From: Prorocentrum cordatum | Lineage: Eukaryota | Assembly: GCA_963575745.1 (NCBI GenBank) | Contig: CAUYUJ010000169.1 | Span: 62,001 to 117,286, forward strand | Length of the DNA: 55,286 bases | Direction: 5' to 3' | Shown here: positions 45,001-55,286 of the stretch, piece after piece | Position numbering within the stretch: position 1 is the first letter of the stretch | How the letters are laid out: each line of letters opens with the position of its first letter | Made by a program: the position numbers and the translations under genes | The notes under the pieces: model-generated | Told to the model about the DNA's origin: nothing | What the model saw: the letters and a program-made list of their open reading frames with translations, nothing else | The model's database searches: none

Positions 45001-46560
45001 CCCGTCTGGCGTCAGGTCCGAGGCCCTATGCAGGCCGTGCGTTTATCTCTTACTAGGATCGGATGGCACATGCCATCATGGCACACCCTCGTCAATGATT
45101 TCGATGACGAGATCCCGCTCACGACTACGTCGCCAGCTCTAGTGGCCGATCTTCTGCATGAGGGGGTCATCCGCTCGCGCCAGAGGGCGGCGGGCGCCGC
45201 GCGATCGTGGAGTGATCAGGATGATCGCCTGCGATGGCGCCTGGACTAAGGACCGCGCCATCGAGCGCGGGTACCTGCTTCAAGACAATCTGTGCCAGCT
45301 TTGCGGCGCTGCTCCTGATAGTTTGGTGCGCCGACTGCGGCAGTGCCCGAGCGTCTCCGAACAGCGCCAAGAGGCCTGCGACGCTGCCATTGCGCAAGAC
45401 GCCCTACGTGTTATTGACGAGGGCAGTGACAGTGAAAAGATTTTATTTTCCAGGGGTATCTTCCTTCACCCAGGGGACTGGTTGCCGAGGCCCTCGGAGG
45501 CTGGCAATATCGTCCACGTTTTTGCTGGTGGTCCTGGGTCCGCTCCTGGAGCCGCCGGCGTTTCTGGTGATGTTTTCTGGGACGGTTCGTCCTACAAGCA
45601 TGTCATCAAGGAGCTGTCCAGGGTTGGCTGGGGCTTCGTCTCAGTGGACCCTCTAGGAGAAGTTATTGTTTCAGTCTCGGGGGCGGTGTCCAAGCCCTTT
45701 TCCCCAGACCTCTCAGGCTGGGGAGTACAGTGCCTACGCAGTCACTGCTCAGTGCTTGGAGGGGCCCACAACGGGCTATGCGGATTGCGAAGGGGTCGTT
45801 AGGGCCCACTCTGCTCCCAGAGTTGTGCGATTCTCTCATAGGAAAAATGTTCTGGCATTGCTGCATTTGCTTCCTCCAAGTTTTGGCGCGATGTGAGGAA
45901 AGTGAAGGCTCACACTGTCGAATCTGCCGACATGACGGATGAGGAGACATTTTTCAAGCTCGGCAACGACGCGGCTGACAGAGCTGCGAAGCACGGTGCT
46001 TCACTCCACCCACAGGCCAGTGCGGACGAGATGGCGCAGATAGATCGAACAGTTGCTTGTGCTCGTGCTGTATGTAGAGTTGCCGCCGCGGTATTACCCA
46101 GCTGGCCGAAGTTAGATCTCAGTGAAGTGCAGCGTGCCATTCCCATGCCACCTCCTCCTTCGCTTGAGCCTCGCTTCGATCACCTATGGGAATGGTATCG
46201 CGGTATCTGGCGGTGCATGTGCTGTCTCCGTTTTCGTCGCTGCGTTGAGCGACCTTCCGTGGCAGGATGCCGCGGTGAGCCACCGCGTGCTGTGCAACTG
46301 ATTTCGAATTTAGGTCACCGCATGCTCGCTTTGCAATGCAGTGACGAGTCGCCACTCTTCGTTTGCGTCAGGTGTAAAGCCTACACTTGTCTCGGCAGAG
46401 TGTTGCGGCTTAGCCGCCAATGTGATCCCGCCAAGACTGGCCGTAATGACTGGGACCTCTGGCGGCTCATGCAGCGTCGGCATCACCCTAAGCTCAAAGG
46501 GTTAGTGCCGAGCCCATGCCCGATATGGATTCGTGAATCCCACGGCAATATTTTTTCTTT
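42050..46560 (+). pseudogene. LINE B pol (APE-RT-ZnF-RNase H), multiple frameshifts
   Basis: APE: VQEHHL, GGTAIL, SIYL, GDFN, LDYFV, PHRPV. RT: AVGVDG, WRPIGIF, GVIAGCS, YIDD (44339-44350). ZnF: CQLC. RNase H: WDGS, AGEYSA, ADCEGV, KVKAH, GNDAAD. Confidence 0.88.
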
Positions 46561-47902
46561 CCTTCAGGTCACCTGTAGGGCGGTGTCGAATGGAAAAAAA
46601 AACCCTCCTCCTCTTCCTCCTCCTTCCTGAATGAAAGGGGAGGATTTTATACTGCTTGAAGCTCTTGAGGAGCTGCACCTCGCCGAGAACGTTCGAGAGT
46701 CCCGACCTAAGACCCGAAAGTGGTTCGAGGGTAGACGAGAAGACGGAGCAGGAGAAGAAGGGGGCGACGATGAGGACCACGGGAAAAGAGGAATCTGAGG
46801 ATAGGAATTCGGAGAAGGAGGCGGAGGAGCAGGAGGGAGACGAGGAGGAGGGGAAAGAGGGTGAGGAGCAGGGAGATGAGGAGCAGGAGGAGGAGGAGGA
46901 GGCGGACGAGGTGCCGCCGACGCCCACGAGCCTGCCTGCTCGCTCAGGGGCTGGGCCGTCGGCCCTGGGGGGAAGGTCCCAGCAAAAAAAAACGCCTCCC
47001 CCCCTGCTGCACGGGCGTCGTTTTTTTTCGGGCGGGCCCGAAAAAAAAATAACTGGACCAGTGGATTCAGGGGGGCGTTTTTTGTTTTTTGTTTCCCCCT
47101 GGGGCCTTTCCCCCAGGGCCAGACCTTGCAGCCCCCCACAAAAGGGAATCAACTTGTACCCCCTCATACAAAAGGGAATCAGGACAGAGGAAGAGAGAGG
47201 AGAGAGAGAGAGAGAGAGAAGGAGAGAAAGAGAGTCAGAGAGAGAGAGGAATTTGACAAAATCGTAGAAACGCGGGCCTCCGTTATGCCCCCCCTACCCC
47301 AGCCAGGGCTCCCCTTTGCAAAGGGGAGGGGAGGGGGCTTCGGAAGCTGCCCCCCCCTCCCCAGGGTGAGCCTGGGCCCCCCTTTCGAACGGAGGGGGGG
47401 GGGGCTTCACAAGCTACCCCCCCTCCCTTTGCGAAGCAGGGGGTCGCCGGTCAAGGGGGGGGCTCTCCGAAGCTACCCCCACTCCCCCCTTGTCTCTGGG
47501 CTGGGGGTGAGCCCGGGTTCACTTTTGTAAGGGGGGGCTTCGGCATCTACCCCCCTACTCCGTCCCGTCCCTTTGTGTAGATATGTGCAAAATCTCGTCG
47601 TCGTCTGCGTTGTCGGCGTCGTCGTCGTATTTGCCGTCTTCGTTGTCGCCGTCGTCGCGGTCGTCCTCGTAGTCATTGTCGTCTTCGTCGCCGTGCTTCT
47701 CGTCGTCGTTGTTGTCGTCCTCGTCGTCGCCGTCGTCGTCGTCATCGTCCTCGTCGTCGACGTTGTCGTGGTCGGGCGCTGAGTCCATCGCATCGCAGAC
47801 AAGTAAATACTGGTTGGTTCCGCTCCCTGCGTGTCCATTTTACGGCTAGCGTGGAATAGTATTTCTGCGCCCCTTTGCTTAGCCACATGGCAGATCGCAT
47901 TT

Positions 47903-48732
47903 ATTTAATCGCTTCGCTCATTCCGCCGGCCCATACAGTCTCATGTCTGCCGTTTGCCCGAGGGCCTGGTGTCAATGCGGCGCTTTGGGGGTTCCTGGGG
48001 CCGCTTGGGGCACTCCTGGGGCGCTCGGGGGGGCATTTGGGGGGCCTCCTGGGGCCGCTTGGGGGACTCTTGGGGGCCTCCTGAGGGCCCCGTGGGGGCC
48101 TCTTGGGGCCTCTTAGGGGCCTCGTAGGGGCTTCTTAGGGCCGAGGGCTCGAAATGTTGTTTCGTGTTCCCTCTCTGGGGCCCCTTTGGGGGCGTTCTTG
48201 GGGCCCTCTTGGACCGTTTTGGAGGCTTCTTGGGCCGTCTTCGAGCCCTCTTGGGCCATCTTGGGGCCCTCTTGGGTGCCTCTTGGGCCCTCTTGGGGCG
48301 ATCTTGGGGGCCTCTTGGGCCGTCTTGGGGCGTCGGGAAGCCGAAAAGGTGGAAGCTCCAAAATCTCTCAAAAACCTATGGAAAAACAATGATTTTTGCC
48401 TCCGGGGGCCCTATTGGGAGTGCTCTTGGAGGCCTCTTGGGGCGTCTGGGGGCTATCTTGGGCGTCTTGGAGCGATCTTGTGGCATGTCGGACCCCTCGT
48501 GTACCATCTTGGGGGCCTCTTGGGGGCCTCTTGGCCTTTCTTGGGGCTCTCGGGGACGTCTCGGAGCCCTGTTGGTGCGCTCATGGAGCGCTCGGGGGGA
48601 CCCGGCCGGGACCTGGTCGGGGTACTTTTCGTCCGGGGACCCCCAGGGGCCGCCCCGCGCGCGCGAACTAGAAAATTGTTAACCAGTTACCGGAGATCTT
48701 AGCACGCCTCTGGCCCGTTGGGCCGGCGAATT
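47903..48732 (-). mobile_element. Helitron2-like non-autonomous element
   Basis: Asymmetric IR CGCCGGCCCA (~47924-47933) / TGGGCCGGCG (~48719-48728); terminal hairpin GGCCC-GTT-GGGCC; interior homologous to 27720-28210. Confidence 0.65.
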
Positions 48733-49364
48733 ATTAGTTGTGCGCCATCCCAGGGCTGCCATGTAGTAAGCAGAGCAGCTTTTTGGTTGTTTCCGCCCTC
48801 TGCGGTGCCACGCGACAAGCACAGTCGACGATCGAGGACATCCGAAGGAAATCATAAATCTTCAGACGGATCCATGAGAGTCTCGTGGGTTCCTTGAGGA
48901 TTTGGATTGTTGCCAAGCTTGGAGATGGAGGGGGGGAGTGGGGGGCAGAGAACTGGGCTTCGGGCTGGGGAGGTCCAAAAAAAGGGGGGGTAGATCGTCG
49001 TCGTCGTCGTCTTCACTGTCGTCGTCGGCGAGCGGAGAAGCATATTCGTTGTTTCCCATCCCATTCCCTCGGCATTGTCATGTGGCGGGTAGACATGAAT
49101 GCTCCGTGTTCCGCCCCCACCTGCGTTGCCACGTGGCGAGTGCATTAGAATAGTGTGTTTGTTCGCTCCGTAGGGCTGCCACGTGGCGAGCATTCTAGAA
49201 CAGCATAGATTCCCCCAGGCGCTGCTGCGTGACGAGTACTGTAGGATGGTAGGCGTGTATCGCTTTTAGCGGCGCCGTGCGACGAGTATAGCCCGCGATC
49301 GGCGGTTTCCGGCAGATGTCATACATTTTCCGCCGGACCCCTGAGGATTCAGTTGGGATCATCT

Positions 49365-49835
49365 CGCGCGCGCGAGCGGGTGGGCGCACGGGCGAGCGGG
49401 CGGGCGGGCGCGCAGGCGGGTGGGCGCGCGGACGGACGGATGGGCGCGCGTGCGCGCGGGCTGGCGTGCGGGCGGGCGAGCGGTGATGAAGGGTGGTCGG
49501 CGTCGTCGTCGTTCTCGTCGTCATCGTCGGCGTGCGGGCGAGCACGCGGGCGTGCGCGCAGGCGGGCGGGCGGGCGGCCTGGGCGGGCGAGCGGCCTGGG
49601 CGGGCGGGCGGGGGCGCGCGGGCGGCCGCGAAGGCGGGCGGGCGCACGTGCAGGCGGACGGGTGGGCGAGCGGGTGGGCGGCGAGCGAGCGAGCGCGCGG
49701 GCGGGCGCCAAGCGGGCGGGCGGTCGCGCGGGCTGGCGGGCGCACGGGCGGGCGAGGCGGGCGGGCACGCGCGCGCGCGGGCGGGCGGGCGGGCGGGCTC
49801 GCGTGCGCGCGAGCTGGCGGGCATGCGGGCGGTGG
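49365..49835. repeat. (GGGC)n/(GC)n low-complexity tract
   Basis: Directly visible. Confidence 0.9.
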
Positions 49836-50039
49836 CTGGCGGTGGTAGACGTCGTCGTCGGCAGTCGTCGTCGACGGCGCCGTCGCCGAACCATTTCCCT
49901 CTTTGTCGCCCTTGTGGAGCACAGCCAGTATCTGATTGGTTTCGCCCATCCGTGCGCTGCCGAATAAAGTTAATGTGTGTGTGTGTGTGTCCGCTCCTTG
50001 CGTTGCAGTATGGCGAGTAGAGTAGAGTCGGATGGTACG

Positions 50040-51060
50040 TATTGTTCGCCCCCCAGGCCTTGCCACTTCACGGGCCGAGCAACACACGATCAGTGTTCGC
50101 CTCCCCGTGTTGCCACCTGACGAAAGTAAGCGGGCGGGGGGCCCGACGGGGTGCTGGGCGGGCGAGCGGGCGGGCCGGCGCGCATGAGGGCGGGCGGGCG
50201 AGTGGGCGAGCGGGCGCGCGCGCGCGGGCTGGCATGCTGGCGGGCGGGCGGTGGTTGGGAGTGGTCGACGTCGTCGACTTCGTCGTCGTCATCCTCGTCA
50301 TTCTCATCGTCGTCAGCAGTCGGCGTCGTCGCCGATACAGTTCCCCGTTGTCCCCGGTGGAATACAGACGAATCTCACTGGTGTCGCCCTCCTGTGGCTT
50401 GCCACCTGAAGCTTCGAACAATGTGCTCCCGTCCCCTGCGTTGCCACGTGGCGAGCAGAGAGTGTGTGTACGGTGCGCCCCCCAGGCCTGCCACTGCACG
50501 GGCCGAGCAGAACACCATGTGGCTTCGCACCCCTGCGGTAAGGAACTGTGCGTGTGTCTTCCGTGTTCTTGCGCTGGCACGCAGCGAGGACAGCAGAACG
50601 TGTGGTCGGTTCCCTTCCCCAGGCGGTGCCGCGTGACTCGTAGAGCAGGGCAGAACGAGCCCACGCGTGGCCACGTGACGAGTAACGTATAGATGGCCCA
50701 ACCGTTGCCGAACGACTCCGCGGGGCCTCTTCGGATTCTCGAGGAAGGACCTCGAGGGCTCCGAAGCTTTCTGGCGGGCCGCCCGGCTCCTGCGTGGCCA
50801 CGTGATGGGCAGAGCAGAACACGATATGCTTCCGCCCCCCGGCGTTGCCAGTTGACGAGTAAAGTAGCTGCCCACCGTGTTGCCACGTGGGGACATTGGG
50901 ATAGTAGATAGTATCGTGCTCGCCCCATGTGGCGTTGCCGCGTGACGGATATAATAGAATAATATGTGTTCCAGTTCCTGGCGATGCCTCGTGATGAGAA
51001 CACTAGGATAGTATTGTGGTCGCCCTTCCTCTCAGGCATCGCCGTGTTGTGACGAGTAGA
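50040..51060. repeat. Degenerate ~50-60-bp tandem repeat with a GTTGCCACGTGGCGAG core
   Basis: The core recurs many times, also at ~49070-49200. Confidence 0.65.
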
Positions 51061-52035
51061 ATGGTTTTGCATTGGGCGGGGCGGTCTAAGAGCGAGAAAA
51101 CGGAGGGGATGCGGAGGCTTCCGACTGGGGAGGTCAAGGCAGGGTGGGGGGGAGTTTGCAGGAGCAGCACGGGGAAAGGGGGGAGGGAGGTGAGAGGGCG
51201 TTCGGCAGGGGGGGCGAAGGGGGAGGGCGGGGGGAGAGTTACGGGTAGTTTCCGGAGCGCAAGAAACGGGAGAGGGAGGGGGGGGTCCAATTGGGGAGGT
51301 GAAGGGAGGTGGAGGAGCTTGCAGAGGCCGCGTGTGAAAGAGGGCTTCCGTGGGTAGGCAAACAGGGGGAAGGGGGAGAGAGCGCTTTCGAACTCGGGAG
51401 GTGAAAGGGACAGGGGTGGCTACTCGCTGGGGGAAAGGAAGGGGCTGAGCTCCTGGCGGAGGAGCCGAAGCGGGCGAGGGAGGGGGTAGCTTCCGACGCG
51501 CGAAAAAAAAACAGGGAAGGGGGGGGGGTCCGATAGGGCAGAGTACAGAGGGAGGGGGATAGCTAAGGGGGCACCTCCCCCCCTTTGCTCGGTCTCCCCC
51601 CGTGGCGCGCTCTCCCACCCGATGGCAGGAAGGGGCCCAGAGGCCCAGCAGCCACGCGTCGTAAAGATGCGGCGACGGACGCCCAGGGAGGGGAGGAAGC
51701 CCCATTACCATTGGCAGGGCCCCGTCCAAGAGATGTCCCTCTACAGGGGGAAGATTCAAAAATAGTCAAAAGATAATCTGGGGACGGACGCCCAGGGAGG
51801 GGAGGAAGCACCCGAAGGAAAGAAGGGGCCCAGAGGCCCAGAAGCCACACGTCGTAAAGATGCGGCGACGGACGCCCGGGGAGGGGAGGGAGCCCCATTG
51901 CCATTGGCAGGGCCCCGTCCAAGAGATGCCTCCCCGAGCTGGACACTGGAGATGGCCCTCGGGACTGCCGAGGCGGAGCGACACGCCAACATCACGAGGG
52001 CGGTCCCTTTGCATCTTGCGCTGGCTCTGCTGGTG

Positions 52036-52204
52036 TTAGGTCGGGCCTGTCCCTCTACAGGGGGAACGCTCACAAATCGTCAAAAAATAGTCCCGGGGCG
52101 GGGGCTGTTTTTTGGGTATCTTTTGACCATTCTGGAGTTTTGTTTTGCACATTTTTTATATCTTTCATCCAAAACCCCCCTGTAGGGGGACACGCCCGAC
52201 TTAA
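52036..52204. mobile_element. hAT-like MITE (family M)
   Basis: TIR TTAGGTCGGGCCTGTCCC / GGGACACGCCCGACTTAA; 8-bp TSD TGCTGGTG at 52028-52035 and 52205-52212. Confidence 0.9.
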
Positions 52205-53675
52205 TGCTGGTGTCGACCGCCCCTGCCCCTGCCAAGGGCGCCGCGCCGGGCTGCGGCAGCGGCAGGGCGCGGCGGAGCCTCAGCGCCGAGCCGGCGGGGT
52301 GGCTGTGTGCAACGGACGTCGCGGTGCCGGACGACGACAGCGACTTGGAGGACTCGGCTGCACGCAGGGGTACAGCCAAGACGCTGAAATAAGGAACGCC
52401 TCGGGTGCGGAAGGGGCTCGCTGTTCCTTAAGCTCTTCCATGGCTTCTCCTCCATCACTCCTCGTAAGAAGGGGCTTCGTTCCTATGTAGCGTTCCTTCT
52501 GGTAGTGCCTCGACTGCAACCATTCGACGGAGCGACACTTGGTGCACCCCAGACAAGCTCGCGTCGTGAAAAAACAGAGGCGGGAGGCTTCTCACCGTTC
52601 TAGGCCCCCGGGGGCCCTCGCTGGGCCCGGGGTCCACCAAAAAGCGTTTCGGTCGGGATGAAGAACCAGCCCTGGGGAAAACGGTCAGGACAACCGGGGG
52701 GCCCGAATCGGAAAAGCAAGGGGTCCGGGGGGGGGAACTTGAGTTGGAGGACAAAGTCCACTTGCTTCCTGAAGGCAAAGATTTGGGGCATGCGCCAGAT
52801 ACCTTTCTCGCTTTCTAGTTACAAGCGTCTGTGGACACATTGGGCGTCACGTACGTAGATGCACTCAGGGTGGGTCCGTGTATAGATAACGTGGCAGTTG
52901 CGTTCGGCGCATGGCAAGGCTAGAGAACGGGTAGATCCGCCCTCGGTAAGCTCTTATTCCAAAGCAGATGCAGGTGCACGCCGATCGTTGGAAATGGGTA
53001 TTTCTGGATACCCAGATCCCAATTTACACTTCAAGCGCCTTCCCACTTCAAGAGCTGGCCTGTTTTTGCTGCTTCGTGCTATTCGTTAGGCAAGCCCGAA
53101 CCCAATCTACTTGATCCGCCTTCCTGCTGCATGTTTCCACCTACTTCTTCCGACGGGGCGGGTACTCCCAACCCAGACCCCCGACGTCATGATTTTGTTC
53201 ATATCGTCGACCCCCAGAGGTCTGGACCCGTTCCCCGGCTGCTTTTTCGTCCCGAGTCGCTCGTTGACGGTCTCGAGGCCCGGCGAGGGCCCCCAGACGC
53301 CGAAAACCATCAAAAACCTCCCCTCGTGATGTGTTCATGGCCCCGAGGGGATCTGGGAAACCCGCCGTGCGTTTTTTTGGCGTGGTCCGAAGGGCGGGGG
53401 GCCTGGGAGAAGCCCGAGCCCAGAGGCCGAACACCGCGGAAAGCACCCCGCCGTGGCGTTTTTGTTCTGGTCGTTGCCCGAAGGGGGCCTGGGAGAGACC
53501 CGAGCCCCGAGGCCGCAGACGGCGAAAAGCACCCCGCCGTGGTGTTTCTCTTGTCGTGGCCCGAAGGGGGCCCGGGAGAGTGCCCGCAGCGCGCGGGCCG
53601 CCGCGGTCGCACAGCACGCGGCGCGGCGGGGCCGGGCCGCACCCCCGGGGGGGCCCTTGGCGCCTGCCCATGGCT

Positions 53676-54306
53676 GTAAGGGCGGGCCTGTCCCTCTGCA
53701 GTCAGGAGCGAAAGAAGGACGTACACATACATGAATCCACGCCGTTATCGAAATTTCGCATTGCGCGAATACTCGTATCACGCGGCCGGTCTCGCGGGTC
53801 AAGGGGCCGTGTTCATGTACATAGCTGGGCGCGTACGTCCTTTGGGGGCTCCCTCTACAGGGGGAAGGTTCAAAAACAGTCAAAAGATAATCTGGGGACG
53901 GACGCCCAGGGAGGGGAGGGAGCACCCGAAGGGAGGAAGGGGCCCAGAGGCCCAGAAGCCACACGTCGTAAAGATGCGGCGACGGACGCCCAGGGAGGGG
54001 AGGGAGCCCCATTACCACTGGCAGGGCCCCATCCAAGAGATGCCTCCCCGAGCTGGACACTGGAGATGGCCCTCGGGACTGCCGAAGCGCAGCGACACGC
54101 CAACATCACGAGGGCGGTCCCTTGCTCCTGCGCTGGCTCTGCTGGTGTTAAGTCGGGCCTGTCCCTCTACAGGGGGAACACTCAAAAACAGTCAAAAAAT
54201 AGTCTGGGGACTATTTTGGGAGTATTCTGGGCATCGTTTGAGCATTTTTCGAGTAGTTGTTATTGTTCGTCCAAAATCCCCCTGTAGGGGGGCAGGCCCG
54301 ACCTAA
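53676..54306. mobile_element. Composite family-M element carrying captured DNA
   Basis: Outer TIR-like ends; flanking 8-mers CCATGGCT (53668-53675) / CCATAGCT (54307-54314). The interior duplicates ~51737-52204 and contains the 38066-type MITE. Confidence 0.65.
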
Positions 54307-54923
54307 CCATAGCTTGTATGCGCCAGTCTTGAGTCGGGCGTGCCCCTGTACAGGGGGAATACGGTGAAGGCGTTTGTTAAGGAGTAGTCCCAGGAGGCCT
54401 CAGACACTGGATGATTCCTTGTCTGATGAGGGCGGCGGCGATATCTCCATGGCCAATCCACGATTGGAGTTCCACCGGCTTCCAGACCCTGGTTTCCTTA
54501 TCCAATGGTTCCTGATTCAATGCCCCCACCGTATGCAAAAATACTCAAACAATAGCTTGGGGGCGAGTTGCTTTATTATTGTTTGATTTCTGCCTGGCGG
54601 AAACACGTTAAGCCCAGACCCCCTCGCGCCGTGAAGAAATCACGACGGAAGGTTTTCCGCAATTTTCGGCCTCCAGGGTCTCTCGCCGTGCTTCGGGACG
54701 ACTCTGGATGTTTTGGCTGTGGAAGGTTTCTTGATCTTCGATGGTTTTGCTGTGGAAGGCGCGACGTCCCCATAAAAAACATGAATGGCCATCCTGGGGC
54801 CTCACTGTTGGGTTTCTTGTGGAAGTCTTCTTGTGGTCGAGCCCCCACTGCAGGTGGAAACGTGGGTGCGTGTTTTGATGATTTGCAATCGGTATACACA
54901 TTCGCTAAGCTATATTACATTGA

Positions 54924-55124
54924 TAAGGGGAACGAGCACTGACATAAACATAAAAACTCTGAGGTCCGCGCGGATTTCTCGGATTGGCGCTGGACCCTCC
55001 TCCCTGGCGCGCGGAGCGCGCCAGGAGCGGCACCAGGGGCGCCGCCAGGGGGCCCCAACGCCGATCCGAGAAACCCGCGCGGACCTTCGGGCTGTTATGC
55101 TTACGTCCTTGCTCGCTCCCCTAG
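54924..55124. mobile_element. Foldback MITE-like element
   Basis: Long imperfect inverted repeats TAAGGGGAACGAGCA..GAGGTCCGCGCGGATTTCTCGGAT / ATCCGAGAAACCCGCGCGGACCT..TGCTCGCTCCCCTAG. Confidence 0.75.
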
Positions 55125-55286
55125 CTGGTCTTACAAAGTGTTCATCTGAGGCTACGGGGCCACGGTAGGCCACTCGTGGCGCGCGGCCGCAGGAGTCGGC
55201 GCCGTCCCCCCCCGGGCGGTGTCGAGGCGGGGCCGCCGGGGCGCGCCACACGCCCGCGGGCACGCCCAGCGCGGCCTCGAGCGACG

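Larger units (their letters stand above)
40680..46560 (+). mobile_element. Non-LTR retrotransposon (LINE family B), frameshifted
   Basis: ORF1 followed by APE, RT, ZnF, RNase H and a Cys/His-rich C-terminus spread over several frames. Confidence 0.9.

Noticed and set aside
50068..51759. 563-aa minus-strand ORF
   Set aside because: It spans G-rich low-complexity sequence and tandem repeats, with no domain motifs.
52380..53130. Possible decayed coding fragments on the minus strand (CLGCTKCR..)
   Set aside because: Multiple stops and no recognisable family; insufficient support.

Overview
GC-rich, repeat-dominated eukaryotic DNA, most likely from a dinoflagellate (inferred from a degenerate spliced-leader relic at 25947-25967), with a 100-N scaffold gap at 13306-13405. 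Most track ORFs are low-complexity artefacts. Supported content: (1) An APE-RT-ZnF-RNase H LINE on the minus strand (~4055-13305) lies tail-to-tail with a 5'-truncated sister copy (63-~3945). Together they form a ~7.2-kb imperfect palindrome that includes (CT)n, a ~152-bp satellite and a (TCTTA)n tail. (2) A second, frameshifted LINE lies on the plus strand (~40680-46560). (3) There are many MITE-like, Helitron2-like and tandem repeats. (4) The most interesting object is an intronless gene at 26031-31978, preceded by the spliced-leader relic. Removing two asymmetric-inverted-repeat insertions and reading through one TAG gives a ~1280-aa fusion: ADA2-like adenosine deaminase, PA domain, helical region, and a Ham1/ITPase-like domain lacking its catalytic Asp. 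A deaminase paired with a catalytically dead HAM1 is the enzyme/sensor logic of the bacterial Kongming (dITP-signalling) defence system, but no SIR2 effector is visible here. All family assignments are by-eye motif recognition; no database searches were run.
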